Assembly: GCF_001447785.1 (NCBI RefSeq)
Contig: NW_015169784.1
Coordinates: forward strand, 725,828-789,827
Direction: 5' to 3'
Source: Gekko japonicus
Taxonomy: Eukaryota
DNA: 64,000 bases
The notes below the pieces were generated by a model. It had not been told where the DNA came from, made no database searches, and worked only from the letters and a program-made list of their open reading frames with translations. Each line of letters begins with the position of its first letter. Position 1 is the first letter of the stretch. The translations under genes and the position numbers were made by a program. Positions 55,173-64,000 of the stretch are shown here, piece after piece.

Positions 55173-58100
55173 CCTGCCCAAAAATAGCCCTGCTGGCCTT
55201 GATGGAACCGTGGTCTGATTCAGAAGACGGCAGCTTCACGTCATTGGCTGAAACCTTCAGATGAGTTTGCAGAGTTCCACCCCCCACACACACACCAGGA
55301 GCCCTTACACAGCTGTCTTTCCCCCTGCTTTTTTGAAGGACCTGTTGCTAGCAGGCCCATGCAGGGAGCAAGGATGCCTAATCTCCTGTCTCTGCATGCA
55401 TGCTGGCAGGGCAGTGAGGTGAGGTCACTCAGCAGTAGAGTATTCCTTTTCTCTTTTTTAGCACAAACAGAGACTCTCGTCCCAACTGATGGGACGTGCA
55501 TTTTCCTGCCACGAGCTGGCTTCTCAGCGGATCCTGCGCTAGGGTTAATAGTGGACCCAAGGAAAGATGGAGATCAACGCAAGCCTGTTCACATGTACAG
55601 GGTTCTGGATGCAGAAGTTACGTTACCTCGCGGGATTCATTTTAGGAGCTGGAATGGGGAGGCAAATGGCAAGACGTCTGGTCCTGGGAAGTGGGAGAAG
55701 GCCAAAGATTTCAAGGCTGTTGCTCCTCCGCCAAAAGTATTTATTGTGCAGTGGTCAGGCTGGGCATCAGCTCTCAAAGTCTGGGAAGTATCTGACTCTG
55801 GAACCCATAGCGTTAGGAATCAGATTTGCAGGGCAGCAAAGCCCATTCACACCACTCGGCTCTGTGAAATGACAGGATTACTCAGAGGAGTCCGGTGGGG
55901 TTTACCCAGAGGATTCCAGCTGTGTGCCTCACCGGCAAGTCCATTGTGTGGCCGTTGTCGCCTGGGAACGGACTCCGAAAGGAAATGTCTCATTCTAACA
56001 TAACTAGAGATTAAATGAACCAGAACCTAGTATCGTTAGCCTAAGAAGGGGGGGGGGGACACAGTACAGGATCTCAGGCAGTGGCAATTGTCTGTATTGT
56101 CTAAGGAGGAAAGGAAAGCTGTGTAGCAGGAAGAACAGCGGAAAAGCTTCACAGAACACAATCTAAATGATACATAAAAATGTTTAAAATTATCTAAAAT
56201 CTGAAATACGGTAAAAGCCAAATTTAGGTAACATCTGATTTTCAGCATTTCCTTTGCAAGGCGGATAACGGGGTGAGAGGAGGTCGGTTTCGATTAGGTG
56301 CAGGGCTGCATGCCTGAAAGGAAAAGGATTTGTGTTGGCTGATGCAAACCGCCCTGACCTGGCTGGCCCAGGCTAGCCTGATCTCCTTAGATCTCAGAAG
56401 CTAAGTGGGATCAACTTTGGTTAGCATTTGGATGGGAGACCACCAGGGAAGCCCATGTTAGCTACACAGGCTGCCTATGGCAGACCCCCCTCTGAAAATC
56501 TCGTGCCTCAGTAGCATTTTCCACCATCATCAAAACAGCCATCTGGTTCACGATCTGATAGAAGAAGAACTGGCTAATAATCCACTGAGTTCATTACCTG
56601 ACCCAAGCATCCTTTTTTTCCCCGAGAAAAGCGTTAGCTGCTTCAGTGGACATCTCCAGATAGAGAGCCAGTGTGGTATAGTGGTTATTGGTGGGCTTGG
56701 GACTGGGGAGACCTGGGTTCAAATTCCCATTTGCCATGGAACTTTTGCGGGGATGAGTTCTTTCTCAGCCTAAGCTCCCTCGCGGGGTTGCTGTCAGGCC
56801 AAAATGGAGGAGGGCAAGGACCCGATGCACTGTCCTCCTAAGCTTGGAAGAAGGGTAGGATAAAGTGCACTCAACATACATCTTCCCTAGGCTGGTAAAT
56901 CTGAATCTGGGTAGCAGCAACACATCAGGCTGCAGCTGCAGCTTATGAGGATGAACTCCTCTCCCCTCCGAACTCTAGCATGTCAGGGGAAAGGCTAGGC
57001 CAGGCTCCTCCAACTTGTTTTCTCCTCCATCTTGTTTTCTGCATTCAGGGATAGCATATGAAGGAACATCCAGTCCTGTGGGCCTCCACCCAGTTATATC
57101 TTGCCTTTCTTTGACTAGAAGGTCTCCTATCCAGGTGCCAGCCAAATTCAGACCTGCTTAGCTTCATCAGGGTGACTATGTCTTATGTTCTCCAGTCATA
57201 GCCTCTGAAGTGAAACAAACAATCCTGAAAGAATCAAAGCAAAAAAAAGAGAGAGAAAGAGAGAGGGAGAAATAACCTACAGGCAAGATACTGAACAATA
57301 CAGCAAAAAACGGTTGAGGAATGAATAATCCTACTAAAACGTGCTCTTTGAATCAATGCCCAGATATAAAACAATGAAAACAAATACAAGATCAAAATAA
57401 CCCAAATATATACGCCAAATGTGTGTCCACTTTTAATATTCTTCTTCAGTGGTTGTGTAGGACATTTGCTCTTAAGTATACATATACCCTGTCATTGTTT
57501 GCTGTTTTGATATTTGGCTTGTTATATATTTTATGCACTACATAATGGCTGGTTTTAGCATCTGCACTGTTCTATCTGTGTAATAGTTTCAGGTTGGTAG
57601 CCATGTTGGTCTGCAGTCGAAGAACATGATTCAAATCCCAGTAGTACATTAAAGACCAACAAGGTTTCTGTTGGTTTCTAAATGTTAAAAAACAACAACA
57701 ACTTTGCCTTGGAAGAACAGAAGCTAATGCGCAGTATCCCTGATCCTCCATGTTTCCCAGTTAAGGGGGAAAAGCTGTTCAAGCAAATGACAAAGAAGAT
57801 CTGACTCTTATGGTCAGATTTTTTTACCTACAAATTTTACCTACAAAAACAGAAGCACATCTTGCATGACATATTCATGTCGGTACATTTAATTTATTGT
57901 GAAGTTAACAGAAGGTTAACTTGCTACTGCTCCAAGCCCAGGTAAGAGAAAGAAGAGAAGTCCTATATAGGATGAAACAGAAGGCAAGCAAAGGCCAAGG
58001 AGGCTCGACATCTAACCGATGGGGGGGGACAACCCCCAAGTGTACCCCAGTGAGAGAGAATTCTCTTCACCCTTTCCCTCCCAGCTCCACTTGCATGCAG

Positions 58101-58730
58101 AGTTTACAATATCCAACAAGTAGTATCTTAAAGACCAACAAGCTTTCCAGGGTATAAGCTTTTGAGAATCAAAGGATTAGCTGTCATAGAACTATATACT
58201 TATAAGACAGTACCCTGACACAGCTGTTGTGCAAGCTGTCTGTCCCATTACCACCAGATGTGCTTTCCTTTTCTCCGAAGGAAATACTGCCCCAGTAAGC
58301 ACCATGCCAACCCTGCCACTGGTCACATGGACGCAGCACAGTGAGGGTAATGGTGTCAAGTGCAAACCCTTTCCAAAAATATGTGTATTTAAAAAGTTGG
58401 TGCAAGAAATTTGAGTCAACCTCAAAGTATACTGGCTACTAGACCTGCCAGCGCAGGTTCACGACTGCGCAAAAAGGGTAACCCTAATGAAAATACACTC
58501 TATCTTGTCAAGAAAAACACAAGCTGTTCAAACACCAGTTTGAGTTAAGCACTGAAGCAGGTGCTGGATCAGTCCCTGAATTATCAGTGTACAAAACCCC
58601 CACTTTGATAACAAAAAAATTATGGAGAAAGGGTCGGTGATGGGGAACTGAGGTGTACAGGAACCTTTTCACGCACCTCATTCCCACTGTGTTCGTTTTG
58701 GGGAAGAAGAGAAGCTGGCTTCCCAGTTGC

Positions 58731-58768
<38 letters not shown>

Positions 58769-58792
58769 CGTGACAGAGACACACAGAGAGAG
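58731..58792. repeat. (AG)n microsatellite, imperfect
   Basis: agagagag run. Confidence 0.95.
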
Positions 58793-59021
58793 ATGTTCTA
58801 AACCAAAACAAAATTTAATCAATTACACTCTTAAGTCAGAATATACTTTTGTAGCGTTTCAGTATTCAACATAGAAGATTTCAACACAACCCCAATACAT
58901 AAATAGTGCACTTAAAGTTCTATAAAGGATATCCTTAGTTGCTCTGCCAAGACCCATAAGTGTGGGTGCTGGCCAAAACAACCAGGAACAAAACTAAATC
59001 CTAAAAGAAATCAACTCTAAC

Positions 59022-59127
59022 TGTTCCCTGGAAGGCCAGATAATGAAGCTGAAGCTCAAATACTTTGGCCACCAAATGAGAAGGGAGCATTCACTGGAGA
59101 AGACCCTGATGCTGGGAAAGATTGAAG
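59022..59127 (+). mobile_element. RTE-BovB LINE fragment
   Basis: Translates SLEGQIMKLKLKYFGHQMRREHSLEKTLMLGKIE, typical of the BovB ORF C-terminus. Confidence 0.85.
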
Positions 59128-59236
59128 ATCTCTGGGGTCAGGAAAGTCAAGGAAAACTGGGTTACGCCAGGGTGACTCACAGAATCAAAGTTAAGAGAGC
59201 CCCAGGAAGCTAGCTTCAGATACCCTATCTATTAAG

Positions 59237-59874
59237 AATTAGATAGTGACTTCTGACTTCCCATAATGTGTGGCGATGTGTACAGTGAAGGCCGTAGCGC
59301 TCAGCAGAGTCCTTAAGTTTCATGGGAGCAGAACTAAAGTTTCAACTATAGAAGCTAATTTCTAGAAAAATTAAAATATTATAGGTGTACCAGAGGTCTT
59401 GCAGAGTTTTAGCAGGGGACTGAAACTCAATCCAGCCCTAATTCCGCAACAGTTGGCATGGGAACTGAACCGCAGAAGATGCCATGGAGGAATTTGCTGG
59501 AGGAGAAAACTCAGGAATGAGTTACATACGCTGCATTCAGATTTTATGACCGAACCTCGAATTTGATAGTGACTTCTGACTTCCCAGAATGTTGCGTACA
59601 GTGAAGGCCGTAGCACTCAGCAGAGTCCTGAAGTTTCATGGGAGCAGAACTAAAGTTTCAACTATAGAAGCTAATTACTAGAGAAATTAAAATATTATAG
59701 GTGTACCAAAGGTCTTGCAGAGTTTTAGCAGGGGACTGAAACTCAATCCAGCCCTAATTCCGCAACAGTTGGCATGGGAACTGAACCGCAAAAGATGCTA
59801 TGGAGGAATTTGCTGGAGGAGAAAACTCATTGATGAGTTACATACGCTGCATTCAGATTTTATGACCAAACCTC
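59237..59874. repeat. Tandem duplication (~323 + ~315 bp)
   Basis: Units start aat(t/a)gatagtgacttctgacttccc at 59237 and 59560, with scattered differences. Confidence 0.95.
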
Positions 59875-60352
59875 ATTTCATTTGTCAAGCAAATGAGCCA
59901 GGACGCCCCTTGCGATTACACATTCCCTTGCAATCTGCTGGCAAGTCAATGATTTCTGTGACTGCAAAAAGGCAGTCCCTTCACCCTTTGTGTTGTTGCT
60001 GCAATTAAATTCACAGCTCTCTGAGGCTGCATTTTAGTTTAGAAAATACATAAATTGGGACGTTAAACATAAGAAGAGCCCTTCCGGATCAGACCAAAGG
60101 TCCAATTAGTCCAGCATCCTCGTTCCTACAGTGGCTACCTAGATACATCCAGGAAGCCCCTGTCCTCTACTGCTGCTTCCAATCAACCTGGATTTAAAAA
60201 TGCAGTATCTCTGAACATGGAGGTTCCATCTAACCATCATGGCAAACAACCATTGATAGACCTTTTTGCGAGATATTAGTCTAGTCCCCTTTAAAATTAT
60301 TTTTGACAGTAAATTCCATAAATGAAGTGTTGTGTGAAGAAACGTTTTTGTC

Positions 60353-61162
60353 ACTTATATCGGACTTTAGCTTGGTATCTGGATTGAAACTCAATAGTAC
60401 TAAATCGCATATTTTACCACTCAATCTAGATTGCAAACTGACCGCCAAAATCAGAGCTACCCACTCATTTTCCTCGGCTACCGATTGTTTGCAATATTTA
60501 GCTATTTAACTCCCAGCAAAATTCTCAGATCTCTTTAAATTGAATCTTTTCACAACATAGATATTTTGCCTACCCCAGAACATGTTTTTGAACAGTTGGG
60601 TAGTTCATGGCTCTGCTCCTTCAGTGGTGGAACGGGTCTCCATACTGCTCTTTGCAGCAAAGACGGTCATTGCCTTCCACTGGAAAACGACAATTACACC
60701 CACACTTTCACAGTGGCACAAAAAGCTGTGGGATTTATATATTATGGGGAAACTCTCGGATAACCTTGCACGCTTTGACAGAATTCCTGCTTCTTCCTCC
60801 TTTATCACTACTTGGCTACCTATCTTAGAATATCTAAAGCAATTTAATGACACCCCCAGGGAGATTGATGCTTTACAGTTGTGGTAAGAGATACGATAAC
60901 ATTCAACTTAGAGATAAACGTTCATTGATCTAATTCTAATAGATCTCAATCGCCTTATGACAAAAGGATTTATTGGTTTGTTTAAATATTTTATTTCCTA
61001 AAAAACGTATATATGGAAAAATTGTAATCTTAATTGGAAAAGTTCCTACTACCTCAGTTATAGTTTCACTGTTCTTAAATATGTCTGTATACTCACAATT
61101 GACAGTTTAATATATTATTGTAATCCTTCATAAACTCAATAAAATTTATTGTATATTAAAAA
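60353..61162 (+). mobile_element. 5'-truncated, internally deleted L1-clade LINE with TSD
   Basis: FSLVSGLKLNSTKS (L1 RT C-terminal motif), LLFAAKTVIAFHWK...W (ORF2 end), AATAAA plus A-tail, 16-bp TSD aagaaacgtttttgtc / aagaaatgtttttgtc. Confidence 0.85.
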
Positions 61163-61284
61163 AAGAAATGTTTTTGTCTTTGTTAAATACATTTATTTCT
61201 CCCTCTCTCCATTTCCTTCTCATTAGACAACTATTCCTATTGCCCGCTCTGAGCCTGGTTTCCAGGGACAGCAGGTTATACATT

Positions 61285-61517
61285 CAAGAAGAAGAAATGT
61301 ATACTCCACTTTTCTCCACAATAGGGACCCAAAGGGGCTTACAATGCGGGTTTCCACTTCATTTTATCCTTATGTCAACTACTTTGTCAGGTAGATTAGG
61401 CTGTGAAAGCGTGACTAGCCCAAGGTCACTCAGGGAGCTCCATTGCAAAGAGGGGATTTGAATCTGAGTCTCCAAGATTCTAGTTGGACATTCTAACCAC
61501 TATACTATACTGGCTCC
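61285..61517 (-). mobile_element. Squam3-like SINE
   Basis: Same architecture as other copies. Confidence 0.65.
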
Positions 61518-64000
61518 CAATCTATTGTCCCTCAGTTTCATCAAGGGCCCCTGAATTTTAAAGTTATGGTATAGGCAGAAATAATTTTTATCCCATAATG
61601 TTATACACTGCTATCGAGTCCCTCCTTTGTCATCTTTTATCAAAATCAAACCTCCCTCATCAAGTGTGTGAATTCTACATCAGGCAGCTCGGTTCAAGTT
61701 GACTGCTTAATTTTGGTCTACAAAACGGGTTTTAACTGCCATGGAAGCTATAGTGTTAAAGGGATAGGGTAAGCAAAAAGCTGCTTTTATTTAGGGTGCT
61801 GTATTTTAAATGAGGGAAGTTAGAAAACCAGCAGCCCTGACTTGAATGGCCCAGGTTAGCCTGATCTCATCAGAACTTGGAAACTAAGCAGGGTCAAGCC
61901 TAGTTATCACTTGGATGGGAGACCACGGAGGAAGTCCAAGAATGCTATGCAGAGTCAGGCAATGGCAAAAGACCTCTATCATCTCTTGCCTTGGAAACTC
62001 TACGGAGCCACCACCGTAAGTTAACTTGACAGCACTTTTAGCAAAAAACCAGCAACAGGAAGGGACGCAGAAGTGATAATGCCCCTGGAGCAAGATGGGT
62101 GGCTTTTGTGGTGCTACAAACCAGCCCTTTGGCTCAGCTGGACAAAGAGTGGGCATTAGCTCACCCTCTGCATCCTCTCCCAAACTGGCAGCAGTGCTGA
62201 AAGAGCCAGTTGGTGAACTGACACCAGTTTCCATTGCTGATGAAAGGTCTGGGCAAAGTGGCCCCTTGAGGCATGGGCAAAATTGCTGAGGTACAGCTCT
62301 ATCTTCTTCTGGCTGCCAGTAGCCCTCTCGGGTAGCCCACCAGGAGACTTCCCTGTAAGTTAAATAGCCAGTCCGTGCCTGATCAGCAATATGCTGTACG
62401 GGATGGTATCTTGGCCATTACTTCTAAAGAAATAATAGCAGGAAATATGGCCCAAAGAAATCACTCTAATCATTCAACAAGTGTTGCTTATTCATTTCTG
62501 TCTTCTGTTTCAAGATAACAGCTGGGTTTATTTGTACTATAAAATGAAAGATTACTACTGTCACCGTCACGGGCTATAACTGGGTAGAAGAGGCGAAAGG
62601 TTATCCTGGTGAATGCAACAGATATCCTATTTCTATTAAAAGAGATGCTGCTGGGACAGAACAACCAACAATTGCAACTATTAAATGGCCTTCAAGCAAA
62701 ATCTTTACGACATTCAGAATGCTGCTGAAAGAGATAAGAAGTCCCTTCTCGAGATGATATTTTCTTCTGTCATTTTCATGAGCAGGTGCAAGTTCCTGAT
62801 CAGTTTCTACACTACAGCTCTGAACAACTTGATGAAATTTCCCTGGTCAACCCCCCCCCCCCCACATGCCTGTGAATCTTCCACGATGTCTATCCCCAAA
62901 TAATTCTGATAATGCTGACAAATCTACAATCCCCAGAATTCTTTGAAACAGACCACAAGTAAATTACCTTATACTGAGCTGAATCTGTAGCACTGGAGAC
63001 TGGCATTCTTGGCCCAGATCTTCTGAATGTGCACAAAGGATTATGGGGAACTAGGGATACGGAGGGTTGCAAACAAAATTCTAAAAACACCACCGGATAA
63101 TACATGTTGGTGTAGTGATTCATTACAGAAGGACTCATTCAGTGTTTGAGGACTGGAGCACAATGGTACAGTAAGACTTGGGTCTCTAAGCAATCTCATA
63201 CCTTCCTAGTTGCCATGGCAAGTTTTATCCAATGACGTCCTCCACAGAAATTGTCCTGCACTTTCAACTGACGTCTACAGTAGAGGTCAGAAGAGGTCAG
63301 ATGGACAGTCCCCTCCTGCAGGGAGTCAGCAAGGAACAAAGCTCCCTCAAGAGCACAGACAAAGAGGGTTTGCCAGCCTCTTCAGAATTGGTTTAGAGTG
63401 ACTAGAGTCTGGTTGATGAAATGGGCTGCAGACTGTCCACAAAGCTTTCTGCTTAAGTGGCCACAAGGTTCTTTCTTGTGTTTTCTGCAACAGATTAGCA
63501 TAGCTTCCTTTCCGGAATATGTGGCTGTACACATTTATCCCAGCAGCCGACACTGACTTTTGTTATATCGATAGGAAAAAAGAATCGAATGCAACTGCTT
63601 AAAGGGGTGGGGGGTCTTCCAAAGACCAGATGCATGACAAATACATGTGTGCAGGAAGGGGAAATGTTGCCTTAAACATCCTGCCACAAACGTGATGAAG
63701 TCTTTCCTTTTCCTTTTGCCTGCTGACGGGTGCATTTCCCTTCTTTACTCCAGATGGGTTTGAGCTAGATTGGCCAGGTTTTCTCTGGGGGGTACAGTCA
63801 AAAACCCACGAAATGCTTCATTTAGCAGGAGCAAAACTGAGCAGACTGAAATTCTTTCTTTAGAGCAGCATGCACATGACAACACAGGGTGGGGTGCGGG
63901 GGAAGCAGGGGCTATTGTTGATTGTCAAAGGAACCCCAGGGAAAGCGACAAGACCCAGTCTTTGAAGGAGCTCTTTTAGAAAGAGCTGCCGGTCCGTGAT

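Noticed and set aside
55359-56003. Longest ORF in the track (214 aa)
   Set aside because: No recognisable domain, no convincing exon context or promoter. Likely a chance ORF, though a blastp would settle it.
47710-64000. CLDN5 expected downstream of CDC45 by synteny
   Set aside because: No claudin ORF (~218 aa, W-GLW-C-C motif) in the ORF track. It presumably lies beyond the window.

Overview
Vertebrate genomic DNA. The repeat complement (Sauria SINE, Squam3-like and 5S-derived SINEs, CR1, BovB, Penelope remnants) points to a squamate, probably a gecko. The window holds the conserved block syntenic with human 22q11.21: C22orf39 (minus strand, 3 coding exons, 105 aa), UFD1 (minus strand, 12 coding exons, 307 aa, one U12-type intron) and CDC45 (plus strand, head-to-head with UFD1 across a ~1 kb bidirectional promoter). 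About 16 kb of repeat-rich, gene-free sequence follows. C22orf39 and UFD1 are intact. CDC45 is abnormal. I could not find the conserved 120-nt exon 10 (human MKYVTDVGVLQRHVSRHNH...FEYD) anywhere in the window, and the intron where it belongs is rearranged. Exon 15 is present twice, in a ~450-bp tandem duplication with intact splice sites. This is either an assembly/haplotype artefact or a real degenerating or restructured copy. Exons were mapped by eye from translation and splice signals, and compared with remembered human protein sequences. Repeat family names come from recognition, not from a database search. No prokaryote-type novel system was seen.
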